Assembly (NCBI GenBank): GCA_040954595.2
Contig: CM082597.2
Location: forward strand, 1,470,886-1,534,885
Direction: 5' to 3'
DNA length: 64,000 nucleotides
Source: Balanoglossus misakiensis
Taxonomy: Eukaryota > Animalia > Hemichordata
Part shown: positions 1-15,000 of the stretch, one piece after another
Layout of the letters: each line of letters opens with the position of its first letter
Numbering within the stretch: the stretch's first letter is position 1
Notes under the pieces: model-generated
The model's database searches: none
Seen by the model: only the letters and a program-made list of their open reading frames with translations
Told to the model about the DNA's origin: nothing
Program-made: the position numbers and the translations under genes

Positions 1-3000
1 TTCAAATCGGCCGAAAATCTCGAAATTCGGCAACTCGAAAATTCGCGGTTTTTCGACAAAAACCATGATGGTTAACCCATGAAAAATGTTCAAATCGGCC
101 GAAAATCTCGAAATTCGGCAACTCGAAAATTCGCGGTTTTTCGACAGAAACCATGATGGTTAACCCATGAAAAATGTTCAAATCGGCCGAAAATCTCGAA
201 ATTCGGCAACTCGAAAATTCGCGGTTTTTCGACAGAAACCATGATGGTTAACCCATGAAAAATGTTCAAATCGGCCGAAAATCTCGAAATTCGGCAACTC
301 GAAAATTCGCGGTTTTTCGACAAAAACCATGATGGTTAACCCATGAAAAATGTTCAAATCGGCCGAAAATCTCGAAATTCGGCAACTCGAAAATTCGCGG
401 TTTTTCGACAAAAACCATGATGGTTAACCCATGAAAAATGTTCAAATCGGCCGAAAATCTCGAAATTCGGCTACTCGAAAATTCGCGGTTTTTCGACAAA
501 AACCATGATGGTTAACCCATGAAAAATGTTCAAATCGGCCGAAAATCTCGAAATTCGGCAACTCGAAAATTCGCGGTTTTTCGACAAAAACCATGATGGT
601 TAACCCATGAAAAATGTTCAAATCGGCCGAAAATCTCGAAATTCGGCAACTCGAAAATTCGCGGTTTTTCGACAAAAACCATGATGGTTAACCCATGAAA
701 AATGTTCAAATCGGCCGAAAATCTCGAAATTCGGCAACTCGAAAATTCGCGGTTTTTCGACAAAAACCATGATGGTTAACCCATGAAAAATGTTCAAATC
801 GGCCGAAAATCTCGAAATTCGGCAACTCGAAAATTCGCGGTTTTTCGACAAAAACCATGATGGTTAACCCATGAAAAATGTTCAAATCGGCCGAAAATCT
901 CGAAATTCGGCAACTCGAAAATTTGCGGTTTTTCGACAAAAACCATGATGGTTAACCCATGAAAAATGTTCAAATCGGCCGAAAATCTCGAAATTCGGCA
1001 ACTCGAAAATTCGCGGTTTTTCGACAAAAACCATGATGGTTAACCCATGAAAAATGTTCAAATCGGCCGAAAATCTCGAAATTCGGCAACTCGAAAATTC
1101 GCGGTTTTTCGACAAAAACCATGATGGTTAACCCATGAAAAATGTTCAAATCGGCCGAAAATCTCGAAATTCGGCAACTCGAAAATTCGCGGTTTTTCGA
1201 CAAAAACCATGATGGTTAACCCATGAAAAATGTTCAAATCGGCCGAAAATCTCGAAATTCGGCAACTCGAAAATTCGCGGTTTTTCGACAAAAACCATGA
1301 TGGTTAACCCATGAAAAATGTTCAAATCGGCCGAAAATCTCGAAATTCGGCAACTCGAAAATTTGCGGTTTTTCGACAAAAACCATGATGGTTAACCCAT
1401 GAAAAATGTTCAAATCGGCCGAAAATCTCGAAATTCGGCAACTCGAAAATTCGCGGTTTTTCGACAAAAACCATGATGGTTAACCCATGAAAAATGTTCA
1501 AATCGGCCGAAAATCTCGAAATTCGGCAACTCGAAAATTCGCGGTTTTTCGACAAAAACCATGATGGTTAACCCATGAAAAATGTTCAAATCGGCCGAAA
1601 ATCTCGAAATTCGGCAACTCGAAAATTTGCGGTTTTTCGACAAAAACCATGATGGTTAACCCATGAAAAATGTTCAAATCGGCCGAAAATCTCGAAATTC
1701 GGCAACTCGAAAATTCGCGGTTTTTCGACAAAAACCATGATGGTTAACCCATGAAAAATGTTCAAATCGGCCGAAAATCTCGAAATTCGGCAACTCGAAA
1801 ATTCGCGGTTTTTCGACAAAAACCATGATGGTTAACCCATGAAAAATGTTCAAATCGGCCGAAAATCTCGAAATTCGGCAACTCGAAAATTCGCGGTTTT
1901 TCGACAAAAACCATGATGGTTAACCCATGAAAAATGTTCAAATCGGCCGAAAATCTCGAAATTCGGCAACTCGAAAATTCGCGGTTTTTCGACAAAAACC
2001 ATGATGGTTAACCCATGAAAAATGTTCAAATCGGCCGAAAATCTCGAAATTCGGCAACTCGAAAATTCGCGGTTTTTCGACAAAAACCATGATGGTTAAC
2101 CCATGAAAAATGTTCAAATCGGCCGAAAATCTCGAAATTCGGCAACTCGAAAATTCGCGGTTTTTCGACAAAAACCATGATGGTTAACCCATGAAAAATG
2201 TTCAAATCGGCCGAAAATCTCGAAATTCGGCAACTCGAAAATTCGCGGTTTTTCGACAAAAACCATGATGGTTAACCCATGAAAAATATTCAAATCGGCC
2301 GAAAATCTCGAAATTCGGCAACTCGAAAATTCGCGGTTTTTCGACAAAAACCATGATGGTTAACCCATGAAAAATGTTCAAATCGGCCGAAAATCTCGAA
2401 ATTCGGCAACTCGAAAATTCGCGGTTTTTCGACAAAAACCATGATGGTTAACCCATGAAAAATGTTCAAATCGGCCGAAAATCTCCAAATTCGGCAACTC
2501 GAAAAATCGCGGTTTTTCGACAAAAACCATGATGGTTAACCCATGAAAAATGTTCAAATCGGCCGAAAATCTCGAAATTCGGCAACTCGAAAAATCGCGG
2601 TTTTTCGACAAAAACCATGATGGTTAACCCATGAAAAATGTTCAAATCGGCCGAAAATCTCGAAATTCGGCAACTCGAAAATTCGCGGTTTTTCGACAAA
2701 AACCATGATGGTTAACCCATGAAAAATGTTCAAATCGGCCGAAAATCTCGAAATTCGGCAACTCGAAAATTCGCGGTTTTTCGACAAAAACCATGATGGT
2801 TAACCCATGAAAAATGTTCAAATCGGCCGAAAATCTCGAAATTCGGCAACTCGAAAAATCGCGGTTTTTCGACAAAAACCATGATGGTTAACCCATGAAA
2901 AATGTTCAAATCGGCCGAAAATCTCGAAATTCGGCAACTCGAAAAATCGCGGTTTTTCGACAAAAACCATGATGGTTAACCCATGAAAAATGTTCAAATC

Positions 3001-6000
3001 GGCCGAAAATCTCGAAATTCGGCAACTCGAAAATTCGCGGTTTTTCGACAAAAACCATGATGGTTAACCCATGAAAAATGTTCAAATCGGCCGAAAATCT
3101 CGAAATTCGGCAACTCGAAAATTCGCGGTTTTTCGACAAAAACCATGATGGTTAACCCATGAAAAATATTCAAATCGGCCGAAAATCTCGAAATTCGGCA
3201 ACTCGAAAATTCGCGGTTTTTCGACAAAAACCATGATGGTTAACCCATGAAAAATGTTCAAATCGGCCGAAAATCTCGAAATTCGGCAACTCGAAAAATC
3301 GCGGTTTTTCGACAAAAACCATGATGGTTAACCCATGAAAAATGTTCAAATCGGCCGAAAATCTCGAAATTCGGCAACTCGAAAAATCGCGGTTTTTCGA
3401 CAAAAACCATGATGGTTAACCCATGAAAAATGTTCAAATCGGCCGAAAATCTCGAAATTCGGCAACTCGAAAATTCGCGGTTTTTCGACAAAAACCATGA
3501 TGGTTAACCCATGAAAAATGTTCAAATCGGCCGAAAATCTCGAAATTCGGCAACTCGAAAATTCGCGGTTTTTCGACAAAAACCATGATGGTTAACCCAT
3601 GAAAAATGTTCAAATCGGCCGAAAATCTCGAAATTCGGCAACTCGAAAATTCGCGGTTTTTCGACAAAAACCATGATGGTTAACCCATGAAAAATGTTCA
3701 AATCGGCCGAAAATCTCGAAATTCGGCAACTCGAAAATTCGCGGTTTTTCGACAAAAACCATGATGGTTAACCCATGAAAAATGTTCAAATCGGCCGAAA
3801 ATCTCGAAATTCGGCAACTCGAAAATTCGCGGTTTTTCGACAAAAACCATGATGGTTAACCCATGAAAAATGTTCAAATCGGCCGAAAATCTCGAAATTC
3901 GGCAACTCGAAAATTCGCGGTTTTTCGACAAAAACCATGATGGTTAACCCATGAAAAATGTTCAAATCGGCCGAAAATCTCGAAATTCGGCAACTCGAAA
4001 ATTCGCGGTTTTTCGACAAAAACCATGATGGTTAACCCATGAAAAATGTTCAAATCGGCCGAAAATCTCGAAATTCGGCAACTCGAAAATTCGCGGTTTT
4101 TCGACAAAAACCATGATGGTTAACCCATGAAAAATATTCAAATCGGCCGAAAATCTCGAAATTCGGCAACTCGAAAATTCGCGGTTTTTCGACAAAAACC
4201 ATGATGGTTAACCCATGAAAAATGTTCAAATCGGCCGAAAATCTCGAAATTCGGCAACTCGAAAATTCGCGGTTTTTCGACAAAAACCATGATGGTTAAC
4301 CCATGAAAAATGTTCAAATCGGCCGAAAATCTCGAAATTCGGCAACTCGAAAAATCGCGGTTTTTCGACAAAAACCATGATGGTTAACCCATGAAAAATG
4401 TTCAAATCGGCCGGAAATCTCGAAATTCGGCAACTCGAAAATTCGCGGTTTTTCGACAAAAACCATGATGGTTAACCCATGAAAAATGTTCAAATCGGCC
4501 GAAAATCTCGAAATTCGGCAACTCGAAAATTCGCGGTTTTTCGACAAAAACCATGATGGTTAACCCATGAAAAATGTTCAAATCGGCCGAAAATCTCGAA
4601 ATTCGGCAACTCGAAAATTCGCGGTTTTTCGACAAAAACCATGATGGTTAACCCATGAAAAATGTTCAAATCGGCCGAAAATCTCGAAATTCGGCAACTC
4701 GAAAATTCGCGGTTTTTCGACAAAAACCATGATGGTTAACCCATGAAAAATGTTCAAATCGGCCGAAAATCTCGAAATTCGGCAACTCGAAAATTCGCGG
4801 TTTTTCGACAAAAACCATGATGGTTAACCCATGAAAAATGTTCAAATCGGCCGAAAATCTCGAAATTCGGCAACTCGAAAATTCGCGGTTTTTCGACAAA
4901 AACCATGATGGTTAACCCATGAAAAATGTTCAAATCGGCCGAAAATCTCGAAATTCGGCAACTCGAAAAATCGCGGTTTTTCGACAAAAACCATGATGGT
5001 TAACCCATGAAAAATGTTCAAATCGGCCGAAAATCTCGAAATTCGGCAACTCGAAAAATCGCGGTTTTTCGACAAAAACCATGATGGTTAACCCATGAAA
5101 AATGTTCAAATCGGCCGAAAATCTCGAAATTCGGCAACTCGAAAATTCGCGGTTTTTCGACAAAAACCATGATGGTTAACCCATGAAAAATGTTCAAATC
5201 GGCCGAAAATCTCGAAATTCGGCAACTCGAAAATTCGCGGTTTTTCGACAAAAACCATGATGGTTAACCCATGAAAAATGTTCAAATCGGCCGAAAATCT
5301 CGAAATTCGGCAACTCGAAAAATCGCGGTTTTTCGACAAAAACCATGATGGTTAACCCATGAAAAATGTTCAAATCGGCCGAAAATCTCGAAATTCGGCA
5401 ACTCGAAAAATCGCGGTTTTTCGACAAAAACCATGATGGTTAACCCATGAAAAATGTTCAAATCGGCCGAAAATCTCGAAATTCGGCAACTCGAAAATTC
5501 GCGGTTTTTCGACAAAAACCATGATGGTTAACCCATGAAAAATGTTCAAATCGGCCGAAAATCTCGAAATTCGGCAACTCGAAAATTCGCGGTTTTTCGA
5601 CAAAAACCATGATGGTTAACCCATGAAAAATGTTCAAATCGGCCGAAAATCTCGAAATTCGGCAACTCGAAAAATCGCGGTTTTTCGACAAAAACCATGA
5701 TGGTTAACCCATGAAAAATGTTCAAATCGGCCGAAAATCTCGAAATTCGGCAACTCGAAAATTCGCGGTTTTTCGACAAAAACCATGATGGTTAACCCAT
5801 GAAAAATGTTCAAATCGGCCGAAAATCTCGAAATTCGGCAACTCGAAAATTCGCGGTTTTTCGACAAAAACCATGATGGTTAACCCATGAAAAATGTTCA
5901 AATCGGCCGAAAATCTCGAAATTCGGCAACTCGAAAATTCGCGGTTTTTCGACAAAAACCATGATGGTTAACCCATGAAAAATGTTCAAATCGGCCGAAA

Positions 6001-9000
6001 ATCTCGAAATTCGGCAACTCGAAAATTCGCGGTTTTTCGACAAAAACCATGATGGTTAACCCATGAAAAATGTTCAAATCGGCCGAAAATCTCGAAATTC
6101 GGCAGCTCGAAAATTCGCGGTTTTTCGACAAAAACCATGATGGTTAACCCATGAAAAATGTTCAAATCGGCCGAAAATCTCGAAATTCGGCAACTCGAAA
6201 ATTCGCGGTTTTTCGACAAAAACCATGATGGTTAACCCATGAAAAATGTTCAAATCGGCCGAAAATCTCGAAATTCGGCAGCTCGAAAATTCGCGGTTTT
6301 TCGACAAAAACCATGATGGTTAACCCATGAAAAATGTTCAAATCGGCCGAAAATCTCGAAATTCGGCAACTCGAAAATTCGCGGTTTTTCGACAAAAACC
6401 ATGATGGTTAACCCATGAAAAATGTTCAAATCGGCCGAAAATCTCGAAATTCGGCAGCTCGAAAATTCGCGGTTTTTCGACAAAAACCATGATGGTTAAC
6501 CCATGAAAAATGTTCAAATCGGCCGAAAATCTCGAAATTCGGCAACTCGAAAATTCGCGGTTTTTCGACAAAAACCATGATGGTTAACCCATGAAAAATG
6601 TTCAAATCGGCCGAAAATCTCGAAATTCGGCAACTCGAAAATTCGCGGTTTTTCGACAAAAACCATGATGGTTAACCCATGAAAAATGTTCAAATCGGCC
6701 GAAAATCTCGAAATTCGGCAACTCGAAAATTCGCGGTTTTTCGACAAAAACCATGATGGTTAACCCATGAAAAATGTTCAAATCGGCCGAAAATCTCGAA
6801 ATTCGGCAACTCGAAAATTCGCGGTTTTTCGACAAAAACCATGATGGTTAACCCATGAAAAATGTTCAAATCGGCCGAAAATCTCGAAATTCGGCAACTC
6901 GAAAATTCGCGGTTTTTCGACAAAAACCATGATGGTTAACCCATGAAAAATGTTCAAATCGGCCGAAAATCTCGAAATTCGGCAACTCGAAAATTCGCGG
7001 TTTTTCGACAAAAACCATGATGGTTAACCCATGAAAAATGTTCAAATCGGCCGAAAATCTCGAAATTCGGCAGCTCGAAAATTCGCGGTTTTTCGACAAA
7101 AACCATGATGGTTAACCCATGAAAAATGTTCAAATCGGCCGAAAATCTCGAAATTCGGCAACTCGAAAATTCGCGGTTTTTCGACAAAAACCATGATGGT
7201 TAACCCATGAAAAATGTTCAAATCGGCCGAAAATCTCGAAATTCGGCAGCTCGAAAATTCGCGGTTTTTCGACAAAAACCATGATGGTTAACCCATGAAA
7301 AATGTTCAAATCGGCCGAAAATCTCGAAATTCGGCAACTCGAAAATTCGCGGTTTTTCGACAAAAACCATGATGGTTAACCCATGAAAAATGTTCAAATC
7401 GGCCGAAAATCTCGAAATTCGGCAACTCGAAAATTCGCGGTTTTTCGACAAAAACCATGATGGTTAACCCATGAAAAATGTTCAAATCGGCCGAAAATCT
7501 CGAAATTCGGCAACTCGAAAATTCGCGGTTTTTCGACAACAACCATGATGGTTAACCCATGAAAAATGTTCAAATCGACCTAAAATCTCGAAATTCGGCA
7601 ACTCGAAAATTCGCGGTTTTTCGACAAAAACCATGATGGTTAACCCATGAAAAATGTTCAAATCGGCCTAAAATCTCGAAATTCGGCAACTCGAAAATTC
7701 GCGGTTTTTCGACAAAAACCATGATGGTTAACCCATGAAAAATGTTCAAATCGGCCGAAAATCTCGAAATTCGGCAACTCGAAAATTCGCGGTTTTTCGA
7801 CAAAAACCATGATGGTTAACCCATGAAAAATGTTCAAATCGGCCGAAAATCTCGAAATTCGGCAACTCGAAAATTCGCGGTTTTTCGACAAAAACCATGA
7901 TGGTTAACCCATGAAAAATGTTCAAATCGGCCGAAAATCTCGAAATTCGGCAACTCGAAAATTCGCGGTTTTTCGACAAAAACCATGATGGTTAACCCAT
8001 GAAAAATGTTCAAATCGGCCGAAAATCTCGAAATTCGGCAACTCGAAAATTCGCGGTTTTTCGACAAAAACCATGATGGTTAACCCATGAAAAATGTTCA
8101 AATCGGCCGAAAATCTCGAAATTCGGCAGCTCGAAAATTCGCGGTTTTTCGACAAAAACCATGATGGTTAACCCATGAAAAATGTTCAAATCGGCCGAAA
8201 ATCTCGAAATTCGGCAACTCGAAAATTCGCGGTTTTTCGACAAAAACCATGATGGTTAACCCATGAAAAATGTTCAAATCGGCCGAAAATCTCGAAATTC
8301 GGCAGCTCGAAAATTCGCGGTTTTTCGACAAAAACCATGATGGTTAACCCATGAAAAATGTTCAAATCGGCCGAAAATCTCGAAATTCGGCAACTCGAAA
8401 ATTCGCGGTTTTTCGACAGAAACCATGATGGTTAACCCATGAAAAATGTTCAAATCGGCCGAAAATCTCGAAATTCGGCAACTCGAAAATTCGCGGTTTT
8501 TCGACAAAAACCATGATGGTTAACCCATGAAAAATGTTCAAATCGGCCGAAAATCTCGAAATTCGGCAACTCGAAAATTCGCGGTTTTTCGACAAAAACC
8601 ATGATGGTTAACCCATGAAAAATGTTCAAATCGACCTAAAATCTCGAAATTCGGCAACTCGAAAATTCGCGGTTTTTCGACAAAAACCATGATGGTTAAC
8701 CCATGAAAAATGTTCAAATCGGCCTAAAATCTCGAAATTCGGCAACTCGAAAATTCGCGGTTTTTCGACAAAAACCATGATGGTTAACCCATGAAAAATG
8801 TTCAAATCGGCCTAAAATCTCGAAATTCGGCAACTCGAAAATTCGCGGTTTTTCGACAAAAACCATGATGGTTAACCCATGAAAACTGTTCAAATCGGCC
8901 GAAAATCTCGAAATTCGGCAACTCGAAAATTCGCGGTTTTTCGACAAAAACCATGATGGTTAACCCATGAAAAATGTTCAAATCGGCCGAAAATCTCGAA

Positions 9001-12000
9001 ATTCGGCAACTCGAAAATTCGCGGTTTTTCGACAAAAACCATGATGGTTAACCCATGAAAAATGTTCAAATCGGCCGAAAATCTCGAAATTCGGCAACTC
9101 GAAAATTCGCGGTTTTTCGACAAAAACCATGATGGTTAACCCATGAAAAATGTTCAAATCGGCCGAAAATCTCGAAATTCGGCAACTCGAAAATTCGCGG
9201 TTTTTCGACAAAAACCATGATGGTTAACCCATGAAAAATGTTCAAATCGGCCGAAAATCTCGAAATTCGGCAACTCGAAAATTCGCGGTTTTTCGACAAA
9301 AACCATGATGGTTAACCCATGAAAAATGTTCAAATCGGCCGAAAATCTCGACATTCGGCAACTCGAAAATTCGCGGTTTTTCGACAAAAACCATGATGGT
9401 TAACCCATGAAAAATGTTCAAAAAGGCCGAAAATCTCGAAATCCGGCAACTCGAAAATTCGCGGTTTTTCGACAAAAACCATGATGGTTAACCCATGAAA
9501 AATGTTCAAATCGGCCGAAAATCTCGAAATCCGGCAACTCGAAAAATCGCGGTTTTTCGACAAAAAACCATGATGGTTAACCCATGAAAAATGTTCAAAT
9601 CGGCCGAAAATCTCGAAATCCGGCAACTCGAAAATTCGCGGTTTTTCGACAAAAACCATGATGGTTAACCCATGAAAAATGTTCAAAAAGGCCGAAAATC
9701 TCGAAATCCGGCAACTCGAAAATTCGCGGTTTTTCGACAAAAACCATGATGGTTAACCCATGAAAAATGTTCAAATCGACCTAAAATCTCGAAATTCGGC
9801 AACTCGAAAATTCGCGGTTTTTCGACAAAAACCATGATGGTTAACCCATGAAAAATGTTCAAATCGGCCTAAAATCTCGAAATTCGGCAACTCGAAAATT
9901 CGCGGTTTTTCGACAAAAACCATGATGGTTAACCCATGAAAAATGTTCAAATCGGCCTAAAATCTCGAAATTCGGCAACTCGAAAATTCGCGGTTTTTCG
10001 ACAAAAACCATGATGGTTAACCCATGAAAAATGTTCAAATCGGCCTAAAATCTCGAAATTCGGCAACTCGAAAATTCGCGGTTTTTCGACAAAAACCATG
10101 ATGGTTAACCCATGAAAAATGTTCAAATCGGCCTAAAATCTCGAAATTCGGCAACTCGAAAATTCGCGGTTTTTCGACAAAAACCATGATGGTTAACCCA
10201 TGAAAAATGTTCAAATCGGCCGAAAATCTCGAAATTCGGCAACTCGAAAATTCGCGGTTTTTCGACAAAAACCATGATGGTTAACCCATGAAAACTGTTC
10301 AAATCGGCCGAAAATCTCGAAATTCGGCAACTCGAAAATTCGCGGTTTTTCGACAAAAACCATGATGGTTAACCCATGAAAACTGTTCAAATCGGCCGAA
10401 AATCTCGAAATTCGGCATGAAAAATGTTCAAATCGGCCGAAAATCTCGAAATTCGGCAACTCGAAAATTCGCGGTTTTTCGACAAAAACCATGATGGTTA
10501 ACCCATGAAAAATGTTCAAATCGGCCGAAAATCTCGAAATTCGGCAACTCGAAAATTCGCGGTTTTTCGACAAAAACCATGATGGTTAACCCATGAAAAA
10601 TGTTCAAATCGGCCGAAAATCTCGACATTCGGCAACTCGAAAATTCGCGGTTTTTCGACAAAAACCATGATGGTTAACCCATGAAAAATGTTCAAATCGG
10701 CCGAAAATCTCGAAATTCGGCAACTCGAAAATTCGCGGTTTTTCGACAAAAACCATGATGGTTAACCCATGAAAAATGTTCAAATCGGCCGAAAATCTCG
10801 AAATTCGGCAACTCGAAAATTCGCGGTTTTTCGACAAAAACCATGATGGTTAACCCATGAAAAATGTTCAAAAAGGCCGAAAATCTCGAAATCCGGCAAC
10901 TCGAAAATTCGCGGTTTTTCGACAAAAACCATGATGGTTAACCCATGAAAAATGTTCAAAAAGGCCGAAAATCTCGAAATCCGGCAACTCGAAAATTCGC
11001 GGTTTTTCGACAAAAACCATGATGGTTAACCCATGAAAAATGTTCAAAAAGGCCGAAAATCTCGAAATCCGGCAACTCGAAAATTCGCGGTTTTTCGACA
11101 AAAACCATGATGGTTAACCCATGAAAAATGTTCAAAAAGGCCGAAAATCTCGAAATCCGGCAACTCGAAAATTCGCGGTTTTTCGACAAAAACCATGATG
11201 GTTAACCCATGAAAAATGTTCAAATCGGCCGAAAATCTCGAAATCCGGCAACTCGAAAATTCGCGGTTTTTCGACAAAAACCATGATGGTTAACCCATGA
11301 AAAATGTTCAAATCGGCCGAAAATCTCGAAATCCGGCAACTCGAAAATTCGCGGTTTTTCGACAAAAACCATGATGGTTAACCCATGAAAAATGTTCAAA
11401 TCGGCCGAAAATCTCAAAATCCGGCAACTCGAAAATTCGCGGTTTTTCGACAAAAACCATGATGGTTAACCCATGAAAAATGTTCAAATCGGCCGAAAAT
11501 CTCGAAATCCGGCAACTCGAAAATTCGCGGTTTTTCGACAAAAACCATGATGGTTAACCCATGAAAAATGTTCAAATCGGCCGAAAATCTCGAAATTCGG
11601 CAACTCGAAAATTCGCGGTTTTTCGACAAAAACCATGATGGTTAACCCATGAAAAATGTTCAAATCGGCCGAAAATCTCGAAATTCGGCAACTCGAAAAT
11701 TCGCGGTTTTTCGACAAAAACCATGATGGTTAACCCATGAAAAATGTTCAAATCGGCCTAAAATCTCGAAATTCGGCAACTCGAAAATTCGCGGTTTTTC
11801 GACAAAAACCATGATGGTTAACCCATGAAAAATGTTCAAATCGGCCGAAAATCTCGAAATTCGGCAACTCGAAAATTCGCGGTTTTTCGACAAAAACCAT
11901 GATGGTTAACCCATGAAAACTGTTCAAATCGGCCGAAAATCTCGAAATTCGGCAACTCGAAAATTCGCGGTTTTTCGACAAAAACCATGATGGTTAACCC

Positions 12001-15000
12001 ATGAAAACTGTTCAAATCGGCCGAAAATCTCAAAATCCGGCAACTCGAAAATTCGCGGTTTTTCGACAAAAACCATGATGGTTAACCCATGAAAAATGTT
12101 CAAATCGGCCGAAAATCTCGAAATCCGGCAACTCGAAAATTCGCGGTTTTTCGACAAAAACCATGATGGTTAACCCATGAAAAATGTTCAAATCGGCCGA
12201 AAATCTCGAAATTCGGCAACTCGAAAATTCGCGGTTTTTCGACAAAAACCATGATGGTTAACCCATGAAAAATGTTCAAATCGGCCGAAAATCTCGAAAT
12301 TCGGCAACTCGAAAATTCGCGGTTTTTCGACAAAAACCATGATGGTTAACCCATGAAAAATGTTCAAATCGGCCTAAAATCTCGAAATTCGGCAACTCGA
12401 AAATTCGCGGTTTTTCGACAAAAACCATGATGGTTAACCCATGAAAACTGTTCAAATCGGCCGAAAATCTCGAAATTCGGCAACTCGAAAATTCGCGGTT
12501 TTTCGACAAAAACCATGATGGTTAACCCATGAAAAATGTTCAAATCGGCCGAAAATCTCGAAATTCGGCAACTCGAAAATTCGCGGTTTTTCGACAAAAA
12601 CCATGATGGTTAACCCATGAAAAATGTTCAAATCGGCCGAAAATCTCGAAATTCGGCAACTCGAAAATTCGCGGTTTTTCGACAAAAACCATGATGGTTA
12701 ACCCATGAAAACTGTTCAAATCGGCCGAAAATCTCGAAATTCGGCAACTCGAAAATTCGCGGTTTTTCGACAAAAACCATGATGGTTAACCCATGAAAAA
12801 TGTTCAAATCGGCCGAAAATCTCGAAATTCGGCAACTCGAAAATTCGCGGTTTTTCGACAAAAACCATGATGGTTAACCCATGAAAAATGTTCAAATCGG
12901 CCGAAAATCTCGACATTCGGCAACTCGAAAATTCGCGGTTTTTCGACAAAAACCATGATGGTTAACCCATGAAAAATGTTCAAATCGGCCGAAAATCTCG
13001 AAATTCGGCAACTCGAAAATTCGCGGTTTTTCGACAAAAACCATGATGGTTAACCCATGAAAAATGTTCAAATCGGCCGAAAATCTCGAAATTCGGCAAC
13101 TCGAAAATTCGCGGTTTTTCGACAAAAACCATGATGGTTAACCCATGAAAAATGTTCAAATCGGCCGAAAATCTCGAAATTCGGCAACTCGAAAATTCGC
13201 GGTTTTTCGACAAAAACCATGATGGTTAACCCATGAAAAATGTTCAAATCGGCCGAAAATCTCGACATTCGGCAACTCGAAAATTCGCGGTTTTTCGACA
13301 AAAACCATGATGGTTAACCCATGAAAAATGTTCAAATCGGCCGAAAATCTCGAAATTCGGCAACTCGAAAATTCGCGGTTTTTCGACAAAAACCATGATG
13401 GTTAACCCATGAAAAATGTTCAAATCGGCCGAAAATCTCGAAATTCGGCAACTCGAAAATTCGCGGTTTTTCGACAAAAACCATGATGGTTAACCCATGA
13501 AAAATGTTCAAAAAGGCCGAAAATCTCGAAATCCGGCAACTCGAAAATTCGCGGTTTTTCGACAAAAACCATGATGGTTAACCCATGAAAAATGTTCAAA
13601 AAGGCCGAAAATCTCGAAATCCGGCAACTCGAAAATTCGCGGTTTTTCGACAAAAACCATGATGGTTAACCCATGAAAAATGTTCAAAAAGGCCGAAAAT
13701 CTCGAAATCCGGCAACTCGAAAATTCGCGGTTTTTCGACAAAAACCATGATGGTTAACCCATGAAAAATGTTCAAAAAGGCCGAAAATCTCGAAATTCGG
13801 CAACTCGAAAATTCGCGGTTTTTCGACAAAAACCATGATGGTTAACCCATGAAAAATGTTCAAATCGGCCGAAAATCTCGAAATTCGGCAACTCGAAAAT
13901 TCGCGGTTTTTCGACAAAAACCATGATGGTTAACCCATGAAAAATGTTCAAATCGGCCGAAAATCTCGAAATTCGGCAACTCGAAAATTCGCGGTTTTTC
14001 GACAAAAACCATGATGGTTAACCCATGAAAAATGTTCAAATCGGCCGAAAATCTCGACATTCGGCAACTCGAAAATTCGCGGTTTTTCGACAAAAACCAT
14101 GATGGTTAACCCATGAAAAATGTTCAAATCGGCCGAAAATCTCGAAATTCGGCAACTCGAAAATTCGCGGTTTTTCGACAAAAACCATGATGGTTAACCC
14201 ATGAAAAATGTTCAAATCGGCCGAAAATCTCGAAATTCGGCAACTCGAAAATTCGCGGTTTTTCGACAAAAACCATGATGGTTAACCCATGAAAAATGTT
14301 CAAAAAGGCCGAAAATCTCGAAATCCGGCAACTCGAAAATTCGCGGTTTTTCGACAAAAACCATGATGGTTAACCCATGAAAAATGTTCAAAAAGGCCGA
14401 AAATCTCGAAATCCGGCAACTCGAAAATTCGCGGTTTTTCGACAAAAACCATGATGGTTAACCCATGAAAAATGTTCAAAAAGGCCGAAAATCTCGAAAT
14501 CCGGCAACTCGAAAATTCGCGGTTTTTCGACAAAAACCATGATGGTTAACCCATGAAAAATGTTCAAAAAGGCCGAAAATCTCGAAATCCGGCAACTCGA
14601 AAATTCGCGGTTTTTCGACAAAAACCATGATGGTTAACCCATGAAAAATGTTCAAATCGGCCGAAAATCTCGAAATCCGGCAACTCGAAAATTCGCGGTT
14701 TTTCGACAAAAACCATGATGGTTAACCCATAAAAAATGTTCAAATCGGCCGAAAATCTCAAAATCCGGCAACTCGAAAATTCGCGGTTTTTCGACAAAAA
14801 CCATGATGGTTAACCCATGAAAAATGTTCAAATCGGCCGAAAATCTCGAAATTCGGCAACTCGAAAATTCGCGGTTTTTCGACAAAAACCATGATGGTTA
14901 ACCCATGAAAAATGTTCAAATCGGCCGAAAATCTCGAAATTCGGCAACTCGAAAATTCGCGGTTTTTCGACAAAAACCATGATGGTTAACCCATGAAAAA

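Noticed and set aside
9-26. CENP-B-box-like spacing on the minus strand (TTCG-AGATTTT-CGGC)
   Set aside because: Only 7 of 9 core positions match. TTCG and CGG are abundant in this monomer, and CENP-B box function is established mainly in mammals.
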